Positions 8,156-16,359 are shown, counted from the first letter of the stretch. The stretch is DNA of 20,000 nucleotides from an uncultured virus (IMG/VR IMGVR_UViG_3300031612_000005) (IMGVR_UViG_3300031612_000005); one strand, 5' to 3'. A program made the numbers and translations. The notes: a model not told the origin generated them from the letters alone.

Positions 8156-9049
8156 ATGAAAATCACAATATGCGTCTCAGGACAAACTAGATCGTGGGAT
8201 GGATACCCATCTAAAAATTTAGGGTATTTTGTTTCACAACTAGAACAACTAGGACATACAGTGGACGTGGTTGCACACACATGGTCATACCGCAATGAAC
8301 CTTTTCAATACCCTTCACAGGATATAGTTCAGTTTAAAAAACTAGTAGTAGATGACCAAGTCGTCATAGAAGATTGGGTAAAACAAGACTGGAATAAACG
8401 CATCGTAATCGATAATGAGATGACACAATTCTTTGATTATTCAATGGAAGATCAAGAAAAATCAACCAAAAAATTAGAATACAATAACTTATCAAAAGAT
8501 CAAATAAACGACATGCTAGCGTATACTCGCAGCCAAATAGGACAACATATTTCTGGTTGGAAATCATTCCAATTAGCAGATGATGACTCTGATATATATC
8601 TACGGTGGCGGTGGGATCTTATCTTTAGCACAGTACATGCTGGAGTAGTCGAAGAGGATTATAAGAATAACATAGATTATTGGATTGCATATTTAAATGA
8701 TTTGTTTGAATACGCAACCAAAATAAATACTGGATTCCATTTCTGCGGAGAACAGATACATCTAGAATCATCATCAGCAGTGATCGTCGATGATCAATAC
8801 TTTATATTCACAAATAATGCAAAACAAAAAATAGATAATATCAATATATTCAATGCAATCGATACATATGCACGTGATAACGAATACGATTGCAAACGTG
8901 GCGGATATCACTTCCTATGGACATATATAAATATAAACATGACTAGAGAAATAGGATCATCCCTATTCCCAAATATCGCTCGTGCTACTTACAATGACGT
9001 TAGATACCTTAGAGAAATAGAAACATCTAGATCACATTTCAGGAAGTAA
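8156..9049 (+). CDS. Putative glycosyltransferase-like protein, paralog 3
   Basis: SGQTR, HTW, GQHISGWKSFQLAD, DIYLRWRWDL. Confidence 0.6.
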   Translation: MKITICVSGQTRSWDGYPSKNLGYFVSQLEQLGHTVDVVAHTWSYRNEPFQYPSQDIVQFKKLVVDDQVVIEDWVKQDWNKRIVIDNEMTQFFDYSMEDQEKSTKKLEYNNLSKDQINDMLAYTRSQIGQHISGWKSFQLADDDSDIYLRWRWDLIFSTVHAGVVEEDYKNNIDYWIAYLNDLFEYATKINTGFHFCGEQIHLESSSAVIVDDQYFIFTNNAKQKIDNINIFNAIDTYARDNEYDCKRGGYHFLWTYININMTREIGSSLFPNIARATYNDVRYLREIETSRSHFRK

Positions 9050-9056
9050 AAATATT

Positions 9057-9938
9057 ATGAAAATAGCAATATGCATATCCGGACAGACGCGTGATTGGCA
9101 CGACTATCCATCAAAAAACTTAGCATACTTTATATCTACTTTAGAAGCAGCAGGGCATGAGGTAGATGTCGTTGGCCATACATGGAGTCATTGTATACCG
9201 CCATCCGAAGAACATGTGAAATTTAAAAAATTAATAATAGAAGATCAAGTAATAATAGATGATTGGGTTAAGAAAGATTGGATTAATCGCATAACACTTA
9301 ATGATGAACTATGTGATCTGTTTAATTATGATCCTAGCGATCAAGACGGGTTTGATATGACTACATTAGAATATGATAACCTTTCTGATGATCATATCAA
9401 TAAAATATTACAAAATTGTCGCGCTGGCTATGGACAACATGTATCTGGTTGGAAATCATTCCAACTAGCAGATGACGGATATGATATATATCTGCGATGG
9501 AGATGGGATCTTGTGTTCACTAAAGATAACTCCAACACCAGTGATGATGAATATAATCTTGTAATAGATTATTGGGCACCATATTTAATAGATATAATTA
9601 CATCTTTTCATTCAGTATCGTTTTCATCTGCTGGTAATCTTAATATTTTATTCGGCAATAATACTATAATTTACCATGCATATAAGGCATGCGTCGATGA
9701 TATATTCTTCGGCTTCTCATCATTGGCAAAAGAAAAAATAAATGCTGTCGATATATTTGACGCAATAGATTTATGCTTCCATCCGATGATCGGCGATAAT
9801 ATAAAATGTTTACAGATGAATAGAGCATTATATCATACTTTCTGGACATGGTGCATGACCGATCTTATTAAAATGGAAGGTGTATGCAAACTACCTGGAT
9901 GTGTTTCTATGACTTATTTGGAAAGTCGATTTCTATAA
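9057..9938 (+). CDS. Putative glycosyltransferase-like protein, paralog 4
   Basis: Same motifs; 6-nt convergent overlap with the 9933 gene. Confidence 0.6.
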   Translation: MKIAICISGQTRDWHDYPSKNLAYFISTLEAAGHEVDVVGHTWSHCIPPSEEHVKFKKLIIEDQVIIDDWVKKDWINRITLNDELCDLFNYDPSDQDGFDMTTLEYDNLSDDHINKILQNCRAGYGQHVSGWKSFQLADDGYDIYLRWRWDLVFTKDNSNTSDDEYNLVIDYWAPYLIDIITSFHSVSFSSAGNLNILFGNNTIIYHAYKACVDDIFFGFSSLAKEKINAVDIFDAIDLCFHPMIGDNIKCLQMNRALYHTFWTWCMTDLIKMEGVCKLPGCVSMTYLESRFL

Positions 9939-10358
9939 CAACTTATAATCACTACAGATACCATAGATATTTCCTACTACATCGGGCAATGATTTACCTT
10001 GCAAATCTAACCAGATAGCATTTTCATTGTCTGGATGTACTCCAGGATAACACCATATCTGTCCTCTACTCGTTAGCGTTACTTCATCGGTCTCGTGAAA
10101 GAAACAATTAACTCCTAAATTAATTAATATAGATAACACATCAACTGTCTTTGCATGACAGAATACATTATCTTTTCTTATAAATTTATGATCAACAAGA
10201 CGCTGCGGCTCATCATGTCCAAAATATAACTTATTATTAAATAACTGTAGATCACACTCAACACCATAACCCATGTTGTAGGCGTGCTTCATATATTCCA
10301 ACTCATTCTCAGACGAACTAGGTCCCTCGGTGTTACCTCTATGTGCTATAAATATCAT
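9933..10358 (-). CDS. PI-PLC/GDPD-like phosphodiesterase-fold protein
   Basis: IAHRGN..G, EN, VE.D, GHDEP, CHAK, FFH..D..TLTS.G.IW.YPG, GICSD. Confidence 0.75.
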   Translation of the reverse strand: MIFIAHRGNTEGPSSSENELEYMKHAYNMGYGVECDLQLFNNKLYFGHDEPQRLVDHKFIRKDNVFCHAKTVDVLSILINLGVNCFFHETDEVTLTSRGQIWCYPGVHPDNENAIWLDLQGKSLPDVVGNIYGICSDYKLL

Positions 10359-10437
10359 TCATACCCCTGCGCATGTTTTAATGCTTCACGACTTACATAT
10401 GCAAATGTACTAAGCATACTCTTTTACTCCAATTAAT

Positions 10438-10752
10438 TTATCTATCATACTGTAACCTCAACATCATCTTAACCTCATCACTCGTTGGGGATACCTCCAA
10501 AAATTCTTTAAAACTTAAATCCTCACCATTAAGACACCAACTGTGAGATCTACTAGATCTACTATCAAGAACATCTGACTCATTGGTAATAGCAGGACCA
10601 TCTTCACGATGTATTTCACCTGCTTCATTATACCAAAAATATTCACCATCATCATGTAAATAACTACCATCATCTTGCAATTCCATATTGAACGAATCCT
10701 CATGATACGCAAATTCACTACTATAACAATTTGTATCGTAATAATCAACCAT
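10438..10752 (-). CDS. HREDGPA-motif protein, array copy 6
   Basis: WYNEAGEIHREDGPA...W.LNG...KMMLRLQY. Confidence 0.85.
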   Translation of the reverse strand: MVDYYDTNCYSSEFAYHEDSFNMELQDDGSYLHDDGEYFWYNEAGEIHREDGPAITNESDVLDSRSSRSHSWCLNGEDLSFKEFLEVSPTSDEVKMMLRLQYDR

Positions 10753-11062
10753 ACTGTAACCTCAACAACATCTTCTCTTCATCTGTCTTATTCAATGTAT
10801 TACACCATTCATTAAATGTATAATCAAAACCATTTAAATACCAATACAATCCACCCAACCTATATATAATAGACGGACCATCTTCTCTATGTACTTGTCC
10901 CTCCTCATTATACCAATACACATCGCGATCACTATGCAAGTATGAGCCATCACTTTGACGACATGCATCATACGCATTGATATGACGATCCCTATCACTC
11001 ATGGACATCTTCATATCACTCAGTGCTATCCTTTGCATTATCTCGCCATAACTCTCACGCAT
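10745..11062 (-). CDS. HREDGPA-motif protein, array copy 5
   Basis: WYNEEGQVHREDGPS...WYLNG...KMLLRLQYG. Confidence 0.85.
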   Translation of the reverse strand: MRESYGEIMQRIALSDMKMSMSDRDRHINAYDACRQSDGSYLHSDRDVYWYNEEGQVHREDGPSIIYRLGGLYWYLNGFDYTFNEWCNTLNKTDEEKMLLRLQYG

Positions 11063-11336
11063 ACTGCAACCTCAACATCATCTTTGTCTCTTCATCAACC
11101 GCAGTATCAATCAACCACTCTTCAAATGTACCATACTCAATACCATCTAAATACCATCCATCACCCTCTATATGATGCAATATAGCAGGACCAAATTCAC
11201 AATGTACCCGACCCAAATGATCGTAACGAAACACATCACCATCATCATGCAACCACGTACCATCACTCTGCAACGCAGCACTATAATTCTTTATATGATC
11301 GTACCTCGCATTAAAGTTATTAACAAAATCATCCAT
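11055..11336 (-). CDS. HREDGPA-motif protein, array copy 4
   Basis: GRVHCEFGPA...WYLDG...KMMLRLQYA. Confidence 0.85.
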   Translation of the reverse strand: MDDFVNNFNARYDHIKNYSAALQSDGTWLHDDGDVFRYDHLGRVHCEFGPAILHHIEGDGWYLDGIEYGTFEEWLIDTAVDEETKMMLRLQYA

Positions 11337-11658
11337 ACTGCAACCTATACATCATCTTACGTTCATCACTAATCTTAACATTAATCAACCACTCTTCAAA
11401 TGAACGACAATGACTATCATTCAAATACCACCATACTTCTACTACACCATATTTGTTCGGTGGCGATGTTATAGCAGGACCATCTTCTCTGTGTAGACCA
11501 CCAAGATCATTATACCAATATACATGTCCGTGATCATGCAACCATGAACCATCTTCTAATTGTGTCGCGTTCCAATCTTTTATATGATCTTCCAATCTGG
11601 TACTACTGCCCGTATATGGCTCCCACAAAGAACTAACTCTGATGCTGATGCTACCCAT
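11329..11658 (-). CDS. HREDGPA-motif protein, array copy 3
   Basis: WYNDLGGLHREDGPA...WYLND...KMMYRLQYG. Confidence 0.85.
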   Translation of the reverse strand: MGSISIRVSSLWEPYTGSSTRLEDHIKDWNATQLEDGSWLHDHGHVYWYNDLGGLHREDGPAITSPPNKYGVVEVWWYLNDSHCRSFEEWLINVKISDERKMMYRLQYG

Positions 11659-11941
11659 ACTGTAACCTCAACATCATCTTACGTTCATCACTACAATTAG
11701 TGAATCTACACCAATCGTCAAATGAATACTTATTATTACCCAAATGCCACTGTACATAACCACCATCCGTGTCACACCTTATCACAGCAGGTCCATCTTC
11801 TCTATGTATATTACCATCTTTATACCAATACACATCACCATCATTATGCAAATACGAACCATCACTCTGCAACTCAGCCTTATAATCTTCTATATGATGT
11901 GACAACTTAGTCCTCTCGCAATACTCATAACGATCACCCAT
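11651..11941 (-). CDS. HREDGPA-motif protein, array copy 2
   Basis: WYKDGNIHREDGPA...KMMLRLQYG. Confidence 0.85.
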   Translation of the reverse strand: MGDRYEYCERTKLSHHIEDYKAELQSDGSYLHNDGDVYWYKDGNIHREDGPAVIRCDTDGGYVQWHLGNNKYSFDDWCRFTNCSDERKMMLRLQYG

Positions 11942-12206
11942 ACTGTAACCTCAACATCATCTTATACTCTTCACTTATTCCTACAATTTTACACCACTGA
12001 TTAAATGGATAATTTACACCATTGAAAAACCACTCAACACTAGTGTCTACAAATATACTAGCAGGACCATCTTCACGATGCCATTGACCTTTTTCATTAA
12101 ACCAACTAATCGCACCAAATTCATCTACATAAGTTCCATCACTCTGCTTTATCGCACCATAACGCTCAATCAATTCAGCCCTCATACTTCCAATAAAGAC
12201 AGCCAT
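11934..12206 (-). CDS. HREDGPA-motif protein, array copy 1
   Basis: WFNEKGQWHREDGPA...KMMLRLQYG. Start reassigned to the ATG at 12206 after a GGGAGA SD (ORF track: 12227). Confidence 0.8.
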   Translation of the reverse strand: MAVFIGSMRAELIERYGAIKQSDGTYVDEFGAISWFNEKGQWHREDGPASIFVDTSVEWFFNGVNYPFNQWCKIVGISEEYKMMLRLQYG

Positions 12207-12282
12207 CACCAATCTCCCATAACACAAACCAACGAATTTTTTTTAACATTTAACACAATAAGACATCTTACTCAATAATACC

Positions 12283-12450
12283 TTATTCATCAGAATTTTC
12301 CAACCTCTTCAACCTTAACAAATACAATCCAAACAATAGAATCACTAGAATATAAACTACTCCAAATACCTCAGGACCAAATCCTACCGAAAATACATAT
12401 AGTAACACACCTATAAAACTGAACAACATACCAATCAATAATACCTTCAT
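12283..12450 (-). CDS. Small two-helix membrane protein
   Basis: Two hydrophobic stretches and a charged tail. Start at MKVLL fits the GGAAGAG SD after the early promoter (ORF track: 12468). Confidence 0.65.
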   Translation of the reverse strand: MKVLLIGMLFSFIGVLLYVFSVGFGPEVFGVVYILVILLFGLYLLRLKRLENSDE

Positions 12451-12482
12451 AATCTCTTCCCATTTCATTAACTCATATAACT

Positions 12483-12511
12483 AGTATACAGTAAGGACTC
12501 TCACTTGTCAA
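12483..12511 (-). promoter_or_regulatory. Early promoter driving the HREDGPA array
   Basis: TTGACA AGTGAGAGTCCTTACTG TATACT (17-bp spacer). Confidence 0.75.
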
Positions 12512-12857
12512 TAACTTAATTAAATTAATTAAATATAATACAAATACATCACCAAAATTTTTACCCTCTTTTATCATATTTCTTAACACGCATAACCATA
12601 ACAACTACATAAACAACTACTCTCTCTATAACATACTCACACTAAACTATAACTATACTCTCCCCTACAGAAACTATAACCTATACACACTAGGAACACT
12701 CTATACTACACTAGACTCTACTCTCGTAACACACACCCATACACGCTCTCATATCATACCACACAGCGTTAGGCAGTGTATCACTATCATTCTACCATCG
12801 TTGGGAGACTGTTGCGGCTTAATTATTAATTAATTGTATATACAAAATAAGGCTCAA

Positions 12858-12996
12858 AATTATCTAAACACCCTCTCGCCTTACCCGGACTAAAATATAA
12901 AGACTACCGATTTATAGCCCTATTGTAGCCCTATTATGAGTCTATACTGGCTGAATGATGCTTAAACGTTGATAATTATCTAAACACCCTCTCGCC
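12858..12996 (+). repeat. 23-bp perfect direct repeat AATTATCTAAACACCCTCTCGCC (12858-12880, 12974-12996)
   Basis: Two identical copies 116 bp apart, each followed by GACTAAAA(A)TATAAAG. Confidence 0.9.
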
Positions 12997-13086
12997 CTGT
13001 GTGACTAAAAATATAAAGGCTATGGTAAAACCCTACTATACAGCCCATTATGGTATCCTACTATAATCCTACAGTGAGGCGTAGAC

Positions 13087-13511
13087 ATTGGAGTTACACT
13101 AGGGGAGATATGACTTGTATAGTATGTTACACTACTCCTACAGTTGGTGTCCCATGTATAGTGCCTTACTGTGTATATTGTGTATTATATTGGAGTTCTA
13201 CTAGGGGAGATATGACTTATTAAGGTGTGATATACTATTGTATATATTGCTGGGGTTATGATATACTATTGTATATATTGTGGAGTTCTACTAGGGGAGA
13301 ATGTAGTTATAGTGTATATGATTGGAGTTCTACTAGGGGAGATATGACTTATAGTATGTATTACTATGTCCGTCTATTGTTGTGGGGTTATGGTAGGGGA
13401 GAATGTAGTTATTGTTGGAGTTGTACTAGGGGATGATTGACTTATTGTTATGTGTATCGTTACTTGGTATATGATTGGAGTTCTACTAGGGGAGATATGA
13501 CTTATTAAGGT
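13087..13511 (+). repeat. Seven irregularly spaced ~30-bp repeats (TTGGAGTTCTACTAGGGGAGATATGACTTAT and variants)
   Basis: Cores start at about 13089, 13191, 13281, 13323, 13383 (degenerate), 13416 and 13476. There is also a 22-bp duplication TGATATACTATTGTATATATTG at 13228 and 13259. Confidence 0.9.
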
Positions 13512-13543
13512 ATGATGCCTTGTTATATATTATTGTTATATAT

Positions 13544-13571
13544 AAAAAAGGTATGTGATTAGCATACCTTT
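13544..13571 (-). terminator. Rho-independent terminator
   Basis: AAAGGTATG / CATACCTTT stem with a 7-nt loop and a U-tract on the minus strand, just after the 13590 stop. Confidence 0.7.
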
Positions 13572-13589
13572 ATTGTGTTATTGTAATGG

Positions 13590-13862
13590 TTATGATACCT
13601 TAGAGATAAGGTTGGCAGATACTTTCCAGTTATTAGGACCAGAGTCTACTACGATGGTTTTGATGTTGACTTTAACCACTTTACCAGTGATAGTCCCATG
13701 CTTTGGTCCACCATTGAATTGAACTTTGTCACCGATGACAATGCTGTTAGTTGTTTGACGGGCTAAGTAAGTCCTACGTAGTTTAACTGATTCTACTACT
13801 TTGTTTAGTTCGTCTGAAGACATACGACCTATTTGATCTTGAACAGTGTTTAGCATAGCCAT
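13590..13862 (-). CDS. Hypothetical protein with SH3/KOW-like C-terminal barrel
   Basis: IGDKVQF...GKVVKVNIKTIVV pattern; own early promoter and GAGAG SD. Confidence 0.7.
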   Translation of the reverse strand: MAMLNTVQDQIGRMSSDELNKVVESVKLRRTYLARQTTNSIVIGDKVQFNGGPKHGTITGKVVKVNIKTIVVDSGPNNWKVSANLISKVS

Positions 13863-13889
13863 GATATTCTCTCTTTGATTTAATTAACT

Positions 13890-13918
13890 ATTATAACGTA
13901 AAGAGCCTTACTTGTCAA
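13890..13918 (-). promoter_or_regulatory. Early cassette promoter
   Basis: TTGACA AGTAAGGCTCTTTACGT TATAAT. Confidence 0.85.
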
Positions 13919-13936
13919 CTCTTTTCGGGAATTAAT

Positions 13937-14401
13937 TTAGTCTAGTGTATGGAATGCGTTACGAGCATCTTCCCATGAAGTTTGCTGTGCGTCTTTAACC
14001 TTTAATTCATACTTCTCAATAAGCGCGTCAATGCGTTGGTATTGTAGAGGAAGTGCAGACCCTTGTAGATTAGTTAGATCATCTACGATAGAGTACAGCA
14101 TGGTTAATTCATTTGTAATTGGAGCCATTCGTGACATAATATTTTCTCTTTGACAGTATGAAGACACTAGTGTTACACTAGTATCATTGTAAGGCATTGA
14201 ACAGAACACACCTTCATGTAGGTTATCCAACATGCCAGGTTTAGCAACTAGATCAATGTCATAGTTTTCTTTAATGATAGCCTTGATACGCTCAACGAAA
14301 CAAGTTGGGACAACTAGTCCTACTTCCATCTCAGAAAGGAAATCATCAATACCACGATACTCTAGATCGTTTAGGATATGTGCATCAGATACATTTGACA
14401 T
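13937..14401 (-). CDS. Hypothetical protein
   Basis: 154-aa ORF with its own promoter and SD. Confidence 0.7.
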   Translation of the reverse strand: MSNVSDAHILNDLEYRGIDDFLSEMEVGLVVPTCFVERIKAIIKENYDIDLVAKPGMLDNLHEGVFCSMPYNDTSVTLVSSYCQRENIMSRMAPITNELTMLYSIVDDLTNLQGSALPLQYQRIDALIEKYELKVKDAQQTSWEDARNAFHTLD

Positions 14402-14436
14402 AATAACTTCCCTTCTCTTAATTAACTTATATAACT

Positions 14437-14465
14437 ATTATACTATAAGGCGCCTTACTTGTCAA
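14437..14465 (-). promoter_or_regulatory. Early cassette promoter
   Basis: TTGACA AGTAAGGCGCCTTATAG TATAAT. Confidence 0.85.
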
Positions 14466-14479
14466 GGCTTTATATTAAT

Positions 14480-14815
14480 TTAAAGTGAACGAGAACCTAA
14501 GTATGAAGAGTTAACAGTCCTATACTTTTTGTTGCCGATTCTAAGTTCTTTGATGTAACCAGATGCGTATAGAGAGATTTCGTCGTTCATATCTACTTTA
14601 TCAGTACGTTGAACGATACGAGCAAGAAGGTCGAACTTAATGAATTTATCGGAAGTGAACAGTTGAGACAAAGTAGTCTTACCTTTGTATGATACTTCTC
14701 TAACCCAAGGGTCAATGCGTTCGCCTACCTCTGCAACGGAAAGAGTAGAGAAGTCCATCCCCATCTTCAAACCCCTTCCTAGTGAATCAGTTACTGCCAT
14801 TGCTGAATAAGACAT
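14480..14815 (-). CDS. Hypothetical protein
   Basis: 111-aa ORF with its own promoter and AAGGAAG SD. Confidence 0.7.
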   Translation of the reverse strand: MSYSAMAVTDSLGRGLKMGMDFSTLSVAEVGERIDPWVREVSYKGKTTLSQLFTSDKFIKFDLLARIVQRTDKVDMNDEISLYASGYIKELRIGNKKYRTVNSSYLGSRSL

Positions 14816-14849
14816 AATTACTTCCTTCTCTTGATTAACTTATATAACT

Positions 14850-14878
14850 ATTATAACGTAAGGAGCCTTGGTTGTCAA
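14850..14878 (-). promoter_or_regulatory. Early cassette promoter
   Basis: TTGACA ACCAAGGCTCCTTACGT TATAAT. Confidence 0.85.
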
Positions 14879-15008
14879 GTGTTATTGTAATTAAATTATT
14901 TAATGCGTGGTCAGGGAACGTAGTCCGTCAGTCTATTATAACATATATAAAAATGGATTTCACGTGTGTGACTATCGAGGTGTGTATAGTCACGGATATA
15001 TTTTAGAC

Positions 15009-15042
15009 AAAAAAAATGAACATCACAGTTAAATAATGTTCA
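15009..15042 (-). terminator. Rho-independent terminator
   Basis: Minus strand: TGAACATTA-loop-TGATGTTCA followed by T8. Confidence 0.65.
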
Positions 15043-15118
15043 CTAAGAGAATGCGAGATTATGAGACTCGCTATTATGAAATACTACAGTAAAGATCCGT
15101 ATGCATAGTTGTGTTAGT

Positions 15119-15319
15119 CTACGCGCAATGCATAGTTTTCTCTAATTCTTTTATTTCTGCCTGTATCTCGACAACTATTTTCCAATCGGCAGCAGCCTTC
15201 ATGTAAGCGTTATACTGTGCTGAATACCTACCACGATTGATCGTATTCATCCAATCTTCTTCGGACGCTGCCCATGTATCTTGTGCATGTACCAACTGTG
15301 CTTTAAGTTCGGTAATCAT
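15119..15319 (-). CDS. Hypothetical 66-aa helical protein
   Basis: ORF preceded by the conserved TTAATTAAAGAGAG leader. Confidence 0.65.
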   Translation of the reverse strand: MITELKAQLVHAQDTWAASEEDWMNTINRGRYSAQYNAYMKAAADWKIVVEIQAEIKELEKTMHCA

Positions 15320-15340
15320 ATCGGTCTCTCTTTAATTAAT

Positions 15341-15868
15341 TTATTTTAATTTATATTTGGTGCGAACGTGAAGACATTGTATGTTATAACCACCAGCGTA
15401 AAATGTTTCAAATGAGAACACCTTATCGTTATTCAATTTCCATGAACCTTCCATGTAACCGTCACGCCCTTCAATGATACGTATCTTTTCAACTGTATCA
15501 ACATCGAATGTAACTTTCTTAAAGACAGCAACTTCGATCTTTAATAGTTTTGCCTCAGCATCCTTCTGGGCTTTAAGTAACCAATCATCTTGACCGTAGT
15601 AAGCGATTAGTTGTTTGTCACCTTTACTAATACCAGCATTTTCATATACACTATTACGTGCATCGGAACGCATAAAATACCTGCCTGCAATTGGCTTCAT
15701 CTTATTATATTTTTCATCGATAGCAGATTGAGTCTCATCTGACTGCATCCATGTTCTAGTGTTAAGAAGATACTTGACACGATCATCTACCCATTTAGCC
15801 ATTAACGGGCGAACAGATTCTTTGATCTCTTCAGCAATCATCTTAACTTGTTGGTTTCTAGTAGTCAT
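15341..15868 (-). CDS. Conserved phage protein with C-terminal AGGYNIQCLH motif
   Basis: 175-aa ORF; terminal AGGYNIQCLHVR motif recalled from phage hypothetical proteins; own promoter. Confidence 0.7.
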   Translation of the reverse strand: MTTRNQQVKMIAEEIKESVRPLMAKWVDDRVKYLLNTRTWMQSDETQSAIDEKYNKMKPIAGRYFMRSDARNSVYENAGISKGDKQLIAYYGQDDWLLKAQKDAEAKLLKIEVAVFKKVTFDVDTVEKIRIIEGRDGYMEGSWKLNNDKVFSFETFYAGGYNIQCLHVRTKYKLK

Positions 15869-15899
15869 ATCGTTCTCTCTTTAATTAACTTATATAACT

Positions 15900-15928
15900 A
15901 TTATAAGGTAAGACGTCTTACTTGTCAA
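15900..15928 (-). promoter_or_regulatory. Early cassette promoter
   Basis: TTGACA AGTAAGACGTCTTACCT TATAAT. Confidence 0.85.
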
Positions 15929-15931
15929 CCT

Positions 15932-16282
15932 TTATTTTGAAACTTCTTGGAATCCGTAGTTAGCAACAACTGATTGCTTTCCATTTTCATCTTCAATAAT
16001 ATCTCCAACACTTATAGAACTCATTCTAGAAAGTCTTTCAATATCTGTCTCTGGTCCCATATTGCCTACGTGGAATACACCTTCTAATGTATACGCATCG
16101 ATGTTTGAAACATGTGTGTAGTAACCTAAATCAAATGCTTCCTTAGCAACAGCGCCAGTGTCATTTTTTCTAAGACCCATGTCTAGTTTCATTGATTGCT
16201 TGTGAACAGAATCGTGTCCTTCTGCATTGATAAGATCGTATTGAGCGTTTGACAGTTGGATTTGGTAGATTGCGTATTTCAT
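15932..16282 (-). CDS. YodL-like domain protein
   Basis: YAIYQI at the N-terminus and SSISVGDII...YGF at the C-terminus. Confidence 0.55.
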   Translation of the reverse strand: MKYAIYQIQLSNAQYDLINAEGHDSVHKQSMKLDMGLRKNDTGAVAKEAFDLGYYTHVSNIDAYTLEGVFHVGNMGPETDIERLSRMSSISVGDIIEDENGKQSVVANYGFQEVSK

Positions 16283-16316
16283 CTGTTGTTCCTTGCGTTG
16301 ATTAACTTACTTAACT

Positions 16317-16345
16317 ATTATAACGTAAGGCACATTGCTTGTCAA
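16317..16345 (-). promoter_or_regulatory. Early cassette promoter
   Basis: TTGACA AGCAATGTGCCTTACGT TATAAT. Confidence 0.85.
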
Positions 16346-16359
16346 GTGTTTATTGTAAA

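Larger units (their letters stand above)
10446..11963 (-). repeat. Six 25-bp junction repeats AAGATGATGTTGAGGTTACAGTATG
   Basis: Copies at 10446-10470, 10750-10774, 11060-11084, 11334-11358, 11656-11680 and 11939-11963, with 0-3 mismatches. Confidence 0.9.

Noticed and set aside
8926..8933. Internal TATAAATA in GT paralog 3
   Set aside because: Inside coding sequence, lacks the GTC extension; plausible by chance in AT-rich DNA.
10347..10354. TATAAATA on the plus strand
   Set aside because: Lies within the first codons of a minus-strand gene (ATG ATA TTT ATA), lacks the GTC extension and has no plus-strand gene downstream.
10438..12206. Diversity-generating retroelement or integron
   Set aside because: No reverse transcriptase or integrase in the window, no adenine-specific TR/VR pair, and the junctions are not attC-like palindromes.
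13227..13436. 69-aa ORF in the repeat field
   Set aside because: Its translation merely mirrors the DNA repeats (WSSTRG); GTG start without a promoter context.
13380..13495. G-quadruplex from GGGG runs
   Set aside because: Most runs are separated by 30-60 nt, too far apart for a confident call.
13087..13511. CRISPR array
   Set aside because: Spacing is irregular (33-102 bp), the intervening sequences are themselves repetitive, repeat tails vary, and no cas genes are in the window.
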